Assembly: GCA_021604765.1 (NCBI GenBank)
Contig: BQJP01000001.1
Location: forward strand, 262,226-326,225
From: Thermodesulfobacteriota bacterium
GTDB taxonomy: Bacteria; Desulfobacterota_D; UBA1144; Nemesobacterales; UBA2774
Direction of reading: 5' to 3'
Length of the DNA stretch: 64,000 nucleotides
Below are positions 19,171 through 28,402 of this stretch, piece by piece (the stretch's first letter is position 1; each line of letters starts with the position of its first letter). Under the pieces are notes generated by a model. The model had not been told where the DNA came from. It did no database searches and saw only the letters and a program-made list of their open reading frames with translations. Made by a program: the position numbers and the translations under genes.

Positions 19171-19626
19171 CTACACTTTCTCTCTAGTTATTGTGCTAAA
19201 GGCAAATTCAATTGTTTCAATTACCATCTCGTTACTTTTTGCTTTGAATGGCGCTGCTTCAAATTTAATCGGCCAGGCATTGGACAATTTCCACCTCATT
19301 GCTGGTTCATGTTCTTGGTTAAGAAGGGTTACGGTTATATCAGTGGTCTTAATAGGTTCGGATAAATCGTTGAGGAATACATTATTAATCCATTCAATTA
19401 TCTTTGGATCGCTTATTATGCCTCTCTTTAGCACAAGGTTGGAGTGTTTAGTTGATATGGGCAGTTTATGAGCATAACTGTTCTCGCCTCCCTCCCGATA
19501 TTCTACAACATCACTTTCACTGTTGAGACCAGTGACCTCTTGAAAGCTGGAGTTGTTGTTTTGAACTCCGTCAAGTCCAAATTCAGCCTTAAAATAAAAC
19601 GCTGCTGGGGGATAATTGTTCGCCAT
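19171..19626 (-). CDS. Contractile tail tube protein homolog (T4 gp19 / eCIS Afp1-Pvc1 type, PF06841-like), orphan.
   Basis: FQEVTGLNSESDVVEYREGGEN..HKLPISTKHSNLVLKRGI..IIEWI matches the remembered tube-protein signature. 151 aa. RBS AAGGGAG. Confidence 0.55.
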   Translation of the reverse strand: MANNYPPAAFYFKAEFGLDGVQNNNSSFQEVTGLNSESDVVEYREGGENSYAHKLPISTKHSNLVLKRGIISDPKIIEWINNVFLNDLSEPIKTTDITVTLLNQEHEPAMRWKLSNAWPIKFEAAPFKAKSNEMVIETIEFAFSTITREKV

Positions 19627-19656
19627 CTATGGACTCCCTTAATACTTTACTACTAT

Positions 19657-19712
19657 AAACAAAAAAGGGAGCCGGCACTATATGTACCAAGCTCCCTTTA
19701 AGTTTTTTAATT
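19657..19712. terminator. GGGAGC-N18-GCTCCC hairpin terminator flanked by A and T runs.
   Basis: Between the IPTL gene and the tube gene. Confidence 0.45.
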
Positions 19713-19729
19713 TTAAAAATTGTCTGAGT

Positions 19730-20104
19730 TTAAGCAGTAGCTCTCTTTCTTCTCATAACCATAAATCCAACTACTCCAAGAACTGCCGCCATGGCAATAA
19801 GACCCCATTCAGAAAGTGTTGGGACTTGACTTGTGAATGCACCACACTGACCTGTTCTTACATCGCAAAATTGATCGTCGAATATGCCAATAAAATCAGC
19901 ATCTCCAGGGATTGCGCATAATACACCCTGGGGTAAGTTACTGCAAGCTAATTCCCCTTCAAGTTCCCACTGGCAACATGCTTGCGAACCGTCTGGTGGT
20001 ATTGGAATGCCTGCATCGGCATCTTTAGGAATAGATATAGATAAAAAACCCGCGATTAGAAAAGCAGCAATAAATGTGGTGATTATAATTTTATTCGCCA
20101 TCTT
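19730..20104 (-). CDS. Small Cys-containing secreted protein with an IPTL-CTERM tail. Start revised to 20104.
   Basis: The C-terminus is VPTLSEWGLIAMAAVLGVVGFMVMRRKRATA. RBS GGAGGA. Confidence 0.55.
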   Translation of the reverse strand, partial: KMANKIIITTFIAAFLIAGFLSISIPKDADAGIPIPPDGSQACCQWELEGELACSNLPQGVLCAIPGDADFIGIFDDQFCDVRTGQCGAFTSQVPTLSEWGLIAMAAVLGVVGFMVMRRKRATA

Positions 20105-20286
20105 GAATCCTCCATTACATAGAATACAAATCATATTATCATATAGACATATGACAAACAACCAGTTCTTTTACTCTATAACTACTTAATAGTAATTCTC
20201 AACATTAAGCAGGCGGAGAAACTATTTTATAAACTACCGAGTTTCCGCTGTAAAACGCTTATGGTATCTGCCTGCTTTATTTTGTA

Positions 20287-21720
20287 TTAACCAACTTTTT
20301 CGACATCTGGAAGTGTCCAGGTTTTATCGAATAGAGCCTTCTCAGGACCATAAAGACGGAAGATCAAAAAGAAGTCCTCGCCAGTTGGAAGCCAATTTGA
20401 TTCCATGCCCTCTGGTGCTTTTGGCCCGAAATATATATCAATTGTCCCATCCTCATTCTGCTTTAGATCTGCTTCCTGAGTAGAACCGATTCCGACCTTG
20501 CTTGCGTTATTAATGAAACCCTTGGTCTTCATGCTATAAACGATTGCTGACCAAAATTGGGCTGCAGGCACATCTTTTGGAACCTTAAGACGATAGAGAG
20601 AAGATCCGTCAAACATTTCTCCTGATTTATCGCGGAGACCCATTAGATAGAAACTCCCTTTACCTAAACGTTTTGGCAAGAATGTAGCCCAGAAGTACAT
20701 CCCTCCTGCCCGCTTGTCCAACAGCAACTCATCTTTTGTTACCATCGGAAACCCTGCTTCAGCTTGTGCTTTAGGGAAATTGGGTGCTTGCCATTTCACA
20801 TCTGACCACCAATTTACAAGTGCTTTGTCAGGTGTGGTGAAGTACTCTTGCATCAAGTCATAACCAAGAGTAAGCGATTGCTCTAAAGCTTTTGTGGTTT
20901 CTTCATTCGGATTAAACTCTGCGCCTTTTTGAATTCCAATAGTTGGGAGCATTCCCATCATTACTAGATCTTTTTCCTGAACGGGTTCTTCGTTAACAAC
21001 AGTGGCTAAGTCCTCAAAGAAGCTCATATCATATTGCGGTAGGGTGTTCCACGTTTTGGGAAATGCATTTATGTAGCGCGTCGGCTCAGGATTCTCCGCC
21101 TCTGATAATGGATAGGCCTTGAGTTTTTTGGCATATGTTACAGCCTCTTCCAGTGTGCCTCCGTTAACTGCTACTGGGCGAAGCCCAACATACAAATTGA
21201 ACGTTTTGGGCCTTTGAACTATATACCCTTCAGGCACCTCTCCCTCATAACCTGGAGGTAAAAACAGATATTTACCACCCTTGCCCTTATCATCCCCTTC
21301 AGGTCCAACATCAGTCACAGGCAATTGCCAGGCATCAATGACGCTTCCAAAATAGATAACCTTTTCTGACGCCGGTGGGACATCTAGTATTACAGGGCCA
21401 TCCTTGGTATTTAACACCGACATTACATATGGGACGTTATTATTCGGAGTTAGAAATCCGTGCCGCGAAACCATGGGCTCTGAGAAATAAATGATATCGT
21501 TGAATGTAAAACCTAGCTGGGTTTCTGCGCTCTTCCGTAAATCCATCATGCTTACAGCTGGCATGCCCCAGATAACAGCCTGTGTGCCGCGCTGGACCGC
21601 TTGTTTATATTCAAGCGATTCCTCCGTTCCGTTCTGTGCCCCAGCTTGTCCTGTCACTGCTATCAGCATTATTGTAAAAACGAAAAGGATAAAACTCTTC
21701 TGTGTGAACTGTTTTAACAT
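20287..21720 (-). CDS. Secreted DUF1254/DUF1214-like protein.
   Basis: Signal peptide present. The call rests on size and a C-terminal FWS..VYS region remembered from the family. Confidence 0.35.
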   Translation of the reverse strand: MLKQFTQKSFILFVFTIMLIAVTGQAGAQNGTEESLEYKQAVQRGTQAVIWGMPAVSMMDLRKSAETQLGFTFNDIIYFSEPMVSRHGFLTPNNNVPYVMSVLNTKDGPVILDVPPASEKVIYFGSVIDAWQLPVTDVGPEGDDKGKGGKYLFLPPGYEGEVPEGYIVQRPKTFNLYVGLRPVAVNGGTLEEAVTYAKKLKAYPLSEAENPEPTRYINAFPKTWNTLPQYDMSFFEDLATVVNEEPVQEKDLVMMGMLPTIGIQKGAEFNPNEETTKALEQSLTLGYDLMQEYFTTPDKALVNWWSDVKWQAPNFPKAQAEAGFPMVTKDELLLDKRAGGMYFWATFLPKRLGKGSFYLMGLRDKSGEMFDGSSLYRLKVPKDVPAAQFWSAIVYSMKTKGFINNASKVGIGSTQEADLKQNEDGTIDIYFGPKAPEGMESNWLPTGEDFFLIFRLYGPEKALFDKTWTLPDVEKVG

Positions 21721-21792
21721 GTTACCGCCTCCTTGTTTAAATTGTCTAATTTATTTTTGACTACTTATCTGCTTGCACAACATTTTCAATAA

Positions 21793-22749
21793 TTACGCAG
21801 GTGGAGAAACAATCTTATACACTACTGAGTTTCCGCTGTAAAACGGCTGATAATAACCTCCTGCAAAGAGAAAATATGTTTGTCCGCCAACATCAGTTTT
21901 TTGAGCGCCATCAGGCAGGTTATTTACCATAGCGCCTACAGGAGGTTCAACCACTTTATAACCATTCGAGGTCTGTTGATAAAATGCTCCTCCGCAGTCG
22001 CGGTACTGACCACTTACTCCGCTCACTGATGTACAGCTTGGGGGAAGCTCAGTTACAACTGCACCTTGTGGAGGTGGAATAACTACATACTCATTTTCCT
22101 TCTGAGCATAGTAAACCCCGTCAGAATAATAGAAGGTATCGCCTTCAACAATCACGGTAGAAGAGTTTTGTGGAATTGACGCAATTGCAGCTCCAATTAC
22201 AAGCCCGCTCGCAAATGCCCATCCTGAGTAATATCCTCCCCAGGAGTTCCAGTATCCGCCGTAGTATCTGCCGTTATATTTGTTTCCGTAGTACTTGTTA
22301 TTCACGTCGATATTAACATTGTTGTTATTGAAATTACCGGAATTATTTATGTTGTTGTTACCACGGTCCGGTCTGTTGCCCTGTCCAGGGTTGTTAGGTC
22401 TATTGCCAGCATTGTTGCCATTTCCCGGTCTGTTAACATTTCCACTTCCCGGCCTACTGTTCCCAGGATTGTTTGGTCTGGTTGCGGGTCTTGTTTGAGG
22501 TCTTGACTGAATGTTCCTCTGTCCCCCGCCATAGTTCTGTCGACTTGAAGAGTGACCTGAATACTTAACACTCCCTCTGCCGCCGTTTCCAAAACCGCCT
22601 CCGCCTCCGCGGTGCATGCTATGACCGCCTCCTCTACCACCACCGCCTCTTCCCCCTCGGGAGTAAGCGTCAAGAGTAGCCATGAGCATCAAAGTTAATA
22701 ATAGAAAAGCAGTTAATGCGCTCTGTAATTTTATTTTATTTTTCTTCAT
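21793..22749 (-). CDS. Secreted low-complexity protein rich in Gly, Arg and Asn with a Tyr/Pro-rich C-terminal domain.
   Basis: Signal peptide present. Runs of RGGGGRGGG and NRPGNGNN. Its start overlaps the upstream gene's end. Confidence 0.4.
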   Translation of the reverse strand: MKKNKIKLQSALTAFLLLTLMLMATLDAYSRGGRGGGGRGGGHSMHRGGGGGFGNGGRGSVKYSGHSSSRQNYGGGQRNIQSRPQTRPATRPNNPGNSRPGSGNVNRPGNGNNAGNRPNNPGQGNRPDRGNNNINNSGNFNNNNVNIDVNNKYYGNKYNGRYYGGYWNSWGGYYSGWAFASGLVIGAAIASIPQNSSTVIVEGDTFYYSDGVYYAQKENEYVVIPPPQGAVVTELPPSCTSVSGVSGQYRDCGGAFYQQTSNGYKVVEPPVGAMVNNLPDGAQKTDVGGQTYFLFAGGYYQPFYSGNSVVYKIVSPPA

Positions 22750-23560
22750 CTTTGTTTGCTCCTTCTTCTTTCTTGAAGTTTATAAAATCAATCTTTACCG
22801 CATCCTTTGGAATGTTGGGTTTAAACGTAGACTTGGTTATCTCAGGTTTAAGATTCCAGTTGGAAAATGTTGCCTGGTACTGAGGCACTCCCTCAATCTG
22901 AGTGTAGTTTATGACAAGCTTACAGGGAAGCGCTGGATCATCATTTGAAACCCATATCTGCCAGTCAACATACTCAGCCGTGAATGCAAGGTGTGTGCAT
23001 TCTTGTCCTCCAACATTGCTGTCGCCCACAACAAATCCTCCAAGAGTTGTTTCCATAACAGATTCGTATGGGTTGGAGCTGATAATGTCTGCAAGCGGTA
23101 GCGAGAAGTTGTAATTGTCTATAAGAAAGTCCATCGTGGCATCAATGTTGTCAGGTGTTTCAAGCTGTCCGTAAAAATCCTTGTTTTCAATATAGAGTGT
23201 GAGACTTTTAGTGCTGTACCAAACCTCTCTTGTGCTAGAGTCGCCAACGTATTTGGCGTAAACCTGGTTGGGGCGTTTAACAACAGCTGTTAAAGTGCCG
23301 CCCATTTGAATGGGTTGTCCAGAGGCATATGTGATATCGTTTGTAATTTCTGTGTCGAATGAGAATTCTTTTAGAGCACTAAGAGTGTTTGACATCTCCT
23401 TCAGCACTTCCAGCGCCTCTGGTTCAATTGTCGCTTGAGTGGTTTCTTCTGTTTGTGTTTCTACCTCTTCCTCTTCTTGAGCCTGCGCTGTTAGAGACGT
23501 GATCAAGGCTGCGCATAGAAAGAGTAATGAAATGATGAGTATATTTCGAGTTCCTACCAT
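22736..23560 (-). CDS. Periplasmic DUF2092 / LolA-like protein.
   Basis: Signal peptide and a Glu-rich linker. The family call comes from memory. It is in an operon with the downstream Gly-rich gene. Confidence 0.35.
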   Translation of the reverse strand: MVGTRNILIISLLFLCAALITSLTAQAQEEEEVETQTEETTQATIEPEALEVLKEMSNTLSALKEFSFDTEITNDITYASGQPIQMGGTLTAVVKRPNQVYAKYVGDSSTREVWYSTKSLTLYIENKDFYGQLETPDNIDATMDFLIDNYNFSLPLADIISSNPYESVMETTLGGFVVGDSNVGGQECTHLAFTAEYVDWQIWVSNDDPALPCKLVINYTQIEGVPQYQATFSNWNLKPEITKSTFKPNIPKDAVKIDFINFKKEEGANKDEEK

Positions 23561-23729
23561 TTTAACCTCCAGTTAAATTGTTATGATCTATTGTAAATGA
23601 TATATATAGAAAATACACGGCCAATATTGTAATGATTAAAAATTGATTGATTCATCAAATTGTTGTGTTAATCTTGGAGTGAATTCTATATTAACATTGC
23701 TTATTAATAAGCAAAAAGGAGGCGGTAAG

Positions 23730-24410
23730 ATGTTGAAGAAGCTAACTATAGCTACAGCTTTATTTGTTTTATTAGCACTACCTGGAATGGCAGTGGATAC
23801 ACCCGAGGTAGAAGCGCCAGCGGCACCTGAAGCAGAAGCACCACTAACTCCGGATACACCAGGGGTTGATACACCTTCAATGCCTGACGTAGAAGTTCCA
23901 GAAGTGAAAATGCCTGAGATGCCAAAAGTAGAGGCTCCTAAAATGCCAAAGGCTGATACACCGGATGCACCAGCAGTAGACGCGCCTGACGCGCCAAGCA
24001 TGGATGCACCAGATGCAGAGATGCCTGATACACCTAAAGCTGACATGCCCGACACACCTGGAGCAGAAGTACCAGATGCACCTGACGCACCGGAAGCGCC
24101 GCTAACTCCGGATACCCCAGACGTTGATACGCCTTCAATGCCTGATGTAGAAGTTCCTGAAGTGAAAGCGCCTGAGATGCCTAAGGTCGAGGCCCCTGAA
24201 ATGCCAGAAGTAAAGGCTCCAGAGATGCCTGAGGTAAAAGCGCCTGAAATGCCAAAGGCCGATGTGCCGGATGCACCAGCAGTTGATGCTCCTGACGCGC
24301 CATCAGTGGATGCACCTGACGCTCCGGAAGCTCCACTTGCCCCGGATACCCCAGACGTTGATACTCCAGAAATGCCTGATGTAGAAGCGCCAGAAGCACC
24401 AAAAAATTAA
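23730..24410 (+). CDS. Secreted Pro/Ala/Asp/Glu-rich repeat protein. Start revised to the ATG at 23730.
   Basis: Signal peptide MLKKLTIATALFVLLALPGMA. A unit of about 85 aa is duplicated and contains PDAPxVDAPDAPS and PEVKAPEMPKVEAPEMP motifs. RBS GGAGG. Confidence 0.5.
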   Translation: MLKKLTIATALFVLLALPGMAVDTPEVEAPAAPEAEAPLTPDTPGVDTPSMPDVEVPEVKMPEMPKVEAPKMPKADTPDAPAVDAPDAPSMDAPDAEMPDTPKADMPDTPGAEVPDAPDAPEAPLTPDTPDVDTPSMPDVEVPEVKAPEMPKVEAPEMPEVKAPEMPEVKAPEMPKADVPDAPAVDAPDAPSVDAPDAPEAPLAPDTPDVDTPEMPDVEAPEAPKN

Positions 24411-24464
24411 AAGAAATAACTGCGGTACTTGAAGTTGGAGTACTTAGTTATAAAAATACGAACA

Positions 24465-24510
24465 AAATGGGAGTTGGCACAAATTGTGTCTCAGCTCCCT
24501 TTTTTTATAT
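24465..24510. terminator. GGGAG-N-GCTCCC hairpin followed by a T-run.
   Basis: Downstream of 23730..24410. Confidence 0.45.
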
Positions 24511-24549
24511 ATACTAAAGGGTATTCAATATCTATAAGGAGTTAACACA

Positions 24550-25296
24550 ATTTCAAAACCGTCTCTAAATATTTTTGTCCATTCTCATTTTTGCGAGAAA
24601 GCCCGCTGGACATTAAATCACTTTGACATAGATTTTGATACTTCTTATATCGCCCCCGGTCTTCATGTAGTTTTTGCGAAAAAATTGAAATTGCCCTGTA
24701 CAACCCTGCCAATACTAATTGTAGATGGTGAAGCCATACAAGGTTCAGCCAATATTATTGACTGGGCTGAGAATCAGTCCGATGACCCTGAAAAATCGCT
24801 GATTCCCTCAACAGATTTAGATAAATGCCTTGAAGTGGAAAAGCACCTTGATGAAGTAGCAGGCGTTCACGCGCGTAGGTTCTACTATTCAGAGGCTCTC
24901 ATGGATTCCCCTGCAGAAGTTCGCCAGATATTTGCAAGGGACTTAACCTTTTTTAACAAAATGGCTCTTCGAGGTTCCTGGAGCATGGTGCGAAAGCTTA
25001 TGATACAGGAGATGGACCTGGGCAAGGAACAAAGAGAGGATTCAAAAAAGATAATAGAGCGAGAGCTTGAGTGGCTTGATGATATGCTCTCGGACGGACG
25101 GGAATTCTTGATTGGGGGTAAATTCTCACGCGCTGATCTCACTGCAGCGAGCTTGCTTGCCGTAATAGCCAAGCCAAAAAAACATCCCGTCTATAATGAT
25201 ATCCCTCTGCCTCCTAAAATGAAAGCTGATATGGAAACCTGGCAGGAACGCCCGGCTATCAAATGGGTGAACCGAATTTATAGCCAATACCGCTAA
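24550..25296 (+). CDS. Glutathione S-transferase-like protein; proposed ATT (AUU) start behind a strong RBS. The track ORF 24685..25296 starts at an internal TTG.
   Basis: The in-frame upstream peptide ISKPSLNIFVHSHFCEKARWTLNHFDIDFDTSYI looks like a GST N-terminal thioredoxin fold. AAGGAG lies 8 nt before ATT. A stop at 24535 leaves no upstream ATG. Confidence 0.45.
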   Translation: MSKPSLNIFVHSHFCEKARWTLNHFDIDFDTSYIAPGLHVVFAKKLKLPCTTLPILIVDGEAIQGSANIIDWAENQSDDPEKSLIPSTDLDKCLEVEKHLDEVAGVHARRFYYSEALMDSPAEVRQIFARDLTFFNKMALRGSWSMVRKLMIQEMDLGKEQREDSKKIIERELEWLDDMLSDGREFLIGGKFSRADLTAASLLAVIAKPKKHPVYNDIPLPPKMKADMETWQERPAIKWVNRIYSQYR

Positions 25297-25506
25297 AGCG
25301 CCAAGCTCCCTTTATATATTGTAAAGGCATATCTCATATTTCCTATGTAAATTATATTGTATTCTTTCATATTATTAGTGATGAATGTTTGCTTCTCATG
25401 GTATTCAAAACAAACCAAACTTGTTTTTATCTTATATTTTGTAGTAGAATAAATTCTACAGTTTTTAGAATATTGTAAAGGATGATTCTTATGGAGGGAA
25501 TTTTCA

Positions 25507-27228
25507 ATGACAAATATTTTGCGTGTTTTCATGTCCGCAGTTCTTATCTTTACTGTTTTAATCTCGTTTGAATTACATGCTCAAGACCAAAGCCCTAAAC
25601 AGCTTGATATAATCTGGCACGAAGGTTCGCTTGGCAATCTGCTAAGTGATCTCGGCGAACAGTACACAAAAGAAACAGGGGTTTTCGTAAATGTAGACCT
25701 GGTTTCCTGGGATAAGTGGCATGACGCTATAGCGGTAGATTTCATTTCAGAATCAGGGAAATATGATCTGGTAGTTTTCGATAGTCAGTCTATGAGTGAG
25801 TTTGCATCTGAGTTTGATATAGTACAGCTGAATTCATATCTTGAAAAAAGTAAGGCTTTAAAAATTACAGATTACGACACCGAATCAATTAATAAATACA
25901 GTGAATATCCTGAGGGATCATCTGATTACTATGCACTGCCGCTTAATCAGGACACTATGGGTCTTGTATATAGGAAAGACCTATTTGAAGATGCTTCCGA
26001 AAAAGAGAACTTCAAGAATAAGTACGGCTACGATCTTGCCGCACCTCAAACTTATGACCAATTAAAAGACATTGCAGAGTTCTTCACAAGGCCAGATGAC
26101 AATTTATACGGAATAGCGCTATTCGGAAGCAGCGATTATGACGCGGTCACCTCTGCATTTAATAATGTGCTCTGGTCTTTTGGCGGAGAACTTTGGGACG
26201 CAAAGACTAACACTGCAGAGGGTGTGATAAATTCCGAGAACGCGGTGACAGCTCTTGAGTTCTATAAGTCACTATTTGCATTTGCGCCTCCCGGTGCAAC
26301 CTTCTGGTACTACAATGAATTAAACGATGCTATAAAAAACGGCAAGGTCGCGATGGGCATAAACTGGTATTACTTTTTTAACAGCTACTTAGATCCGAAA
26401 GACAATGATGTGTCAGACAAAATTGCATTTGCTGTGCTCCCAGGTCATAAGGGAGCAGATGGAAAGCTAAATCAGTATAACTCAGTCGGCGGTCAAGGGA
26501 TAAGCATTTCAAAGTTTTCAGATAACAAGGACGGGGCATGGGCTTTTCTTGAGTGGCTCATGAGTGAGAAGGTGCAGTGGCAGTGGGTAAATGGCGGCGG
26601 CCAGACCGGCAGAACCGATATTCTTAGTTCCTCAAAATATAAAGAGTCAACTCCTTTTAATGCTATATTCCCAGTTTCAATGAGCCGCGTTAAGGATTAC
26701 TGGCACCTAGTAGAATATCCAAGACTTTTAGCTGTATATCAGGAAAATACCCATAAAGCTGTAACTGGTGAAATAACTCCTAAAGAAGCGCTTGATATTA
26801 CAGCTAAAGCGCAGCAGAAAATACTTGATCAGACTAGACAGCATGGCTATATAAATGTCAAAGATGTAGCATCAAATCTTCCTCCTGGAGAAGATGGGCT
26901 TGTAACTGATAACAGAATTGTAGAACGTAAGGACTCCGGAGCAAGGGTGTTTAGGGTAAATAAAGAAGTCCCGAAACATTATCATATAAAATCTGATGTC
27001 TATCTTTATGTTATATCGGGTGAAGCAAGTTTTCTCCTTAGCGACAATGAGCAAAAAATAGTCAAGGAAGGGGATTTTATATTCTTCAAAAAGGGGACTG
27101 TTCACGGAGTGGACAAAATTATCAAGAAACCTTTCAGCGCGCTAGCCATTGATGTTCCGGCGCGCGATCCAAGTGATGTAGTATTCATTGAGGATAAAGG
27201 TGATCAGCTTATTGAGACACCGCAATAA
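25507..27228 (+). CDS. ABC-type extracellular solute-binding protein (family 1, sugar-type) fused to a C-terminal cupin domain; orphan with no permease or ATPase nearby.
   Basis: A signal peptide and an SBP-length core of about 460 aa are present. The C-terminal region of about 110 aa reads KHYHIKSDVYLYVISGEA...GTVHGV, a cupin-like segment. Confidence 0.5.
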   Translation: MTNILRVFMSAVLIFTVLISFELHAQDQSPKQLDIIWHEGSLGNLLSDLGEQYTKETGVFVNVDLVSWDKWHDAIAVDFISESGKYDLVVFDSQSMSEFASEFDIVQLNSYLEKSKALKITDYDTESINKYSEYPEGSSDYYALPLNQDTMGLVYRKDLFEDASEKENFKNKYGYDLAAPQTYDQLKDIAEFFTRPDDNLYGIALFGSSDYDAVTSAFNNVLWSFGGELWDAKTNTAEGVINSENAVTALEFYKSLFAFAPPGATFWYYNELNDAIKNGKVAMGINWYYFFNSYLDPKDNDVSDKIAFAVLPGHKGADGKLNQYNSVGGQGISISKFSDNKDGAWAFLEWLMSEKVQWQWVNGGGQTGRTDILSSSKYKESTPFNAIFPVSMSRVKDYWHLVEYPRLLAVYQENTHKAVTGEITPKEALDITAKAQQKILDQTRQHGYINVKDVASNLPPGEDGLVTDNRIVERKDSGARVFRVNKEVPKHYHIKSDVYLYVISGEASFLLSDNEQKIVKEGDFIFFKKGTVHGVDKIIKKPFSALAIDVPARDPSDVVFIEDKGDQLIETPQ

Positions 27229-27250
27229 ATTTCATTGGAGGAGTAAACAT

Positions 27251-28390
27251 ATGAGATTTCTAAATATTTTAATTTTAACTGCCCTATTATTTACACTAGC
27301 CTGTGCATCTAAAGATAAATATGAACCCCCGACAGTCAGAATGGTTCAACCGCAGCAGCCGGAAATTGTTGCAGAATTTCAGCAGCGTCCCGGAAATCCC
27401 GCAGTCACACCTGACGGAAGAATGATTGTTAGCATGCAGCCAATTGACTCTCCGGAAATTAAAGTTGTAGAAGTCCTTTCCGATGGCACAACAAGACCAT
27501 TCCCGAATGAGAAGTGGGCAACAGCAGTGGACGAAGATGGTATAGGCATGCAGGCTGTTATTGGTGTAGTTGCCGATACAAACGGCATGGTCTGGATGCT
27601 GGATATGGGCGGCGATGGACAGGCTCCTAAACTTGTAGGTTGGGATACAAATACTGACACTCTTTACAAGACGATTGTGTTCCCAGAATCAGTTTCAAAA
27701 CCAAACTCTTTCCATCAGGACGTAGCAATTGATACAGAGCGGAACATGGCATACGTCGCTGACATGACAAGAGGCGATCTTTTAGGAGACAGCTCTCCAG
27801 CAATTTTAGTGATCGATATAGAAACTGAAGAAGTCCGCAGAGTGCTTGAAGGTAACCCCAACTTCGCGCCAGGTACTGACCCTGTTGTTATTAACGGAAA
27901 TACTTTTGCAACAAAAACAGATGAGGGAGTAATCCCTATATTCTTAGGGCTCAACCCAATTACGATTGACCCGGAGAATGAGTGGGTTTATTTTGGCTCT
28001 ATTAACGGCACGGGGCTTTTCAGAATTCAGGCTTCTGCACTGGCAGATTCAAGTCTTTCAGACGAACAGCTCTCGGCAATGATTGAGCCCTATGGAGAAA
28101 AGAGAAGTAGTGACGGTATCAGTGTTGACAGCAGCGGAAATGTTTACATTACCGACATACAGAATAATGCCATTGGTGTTGCAAACCCTGAGGGATATCA
28201 AATCCTGGTTCAGGACAATGAGCTCTTATTATGGCCAGACGGTCTTGCCTTTGGACCAAACGGGTGGCTTTATGCAACTGTAAATCAGCTTAACTTGCAC
28301 CCGGCCCTAAACAGTGGTGTTGATGCGGGACAGCCACCTTACTATTTGGTACGTGTTAGACCTCTCTCGCCGGGACAGGTAGGCCGTTAA
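27251..28390 (+). CDS. Lipoprotein with an SMP-30/NHL-like beta-propeller. Start revised to 27251.
   Basis: Lipobox TLAC. Motifs such as SVDSSGNVYITDIQNNAIGV. Confidence 0.35.
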   Translation: MRFLNILILTALLFTLACASKDKYEPPTVRMVQPQQPEIVAEFQQRPGNPAVTPDGRMIVSMQPIDSPEIKVVEVLSDGTTRPFPNEKWATAVDEDGIGMQAVIGVVADTNGMVWMLDMGGDGQAPKLVGWDTNTDTLYKTIVFPESVSKPNSFHQDVAIDTERNMAYVADMTRGDLLGDSSPAILVIDIETEEVRRVLEGNPNFAPGTDPVVINGNTFATKTDEGVIPIFLGLNPITIDPENEWVYFGSINGTGLFRIQASALADSSLSDEQLSAMIEPYGEKRSSDGISVDSSGNVYITDIQNNAIGVANPEGYQILVQDNELLLWPDGLAFGPNGWLYATVNQLNLHPALNSGVDAGQPPYYLVRVRPLSPGQVGR

Positions 28391-28402
28391 TTTTGAGCCA
28401 AT

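Noticed and set aside
22295-22673. ORFs 22295..22498 and 22347..22673, overlapping the Gly-rich gene.
   Set aside because: They are low-complexity mirror ORFs generated by GGN and CCN repeats.
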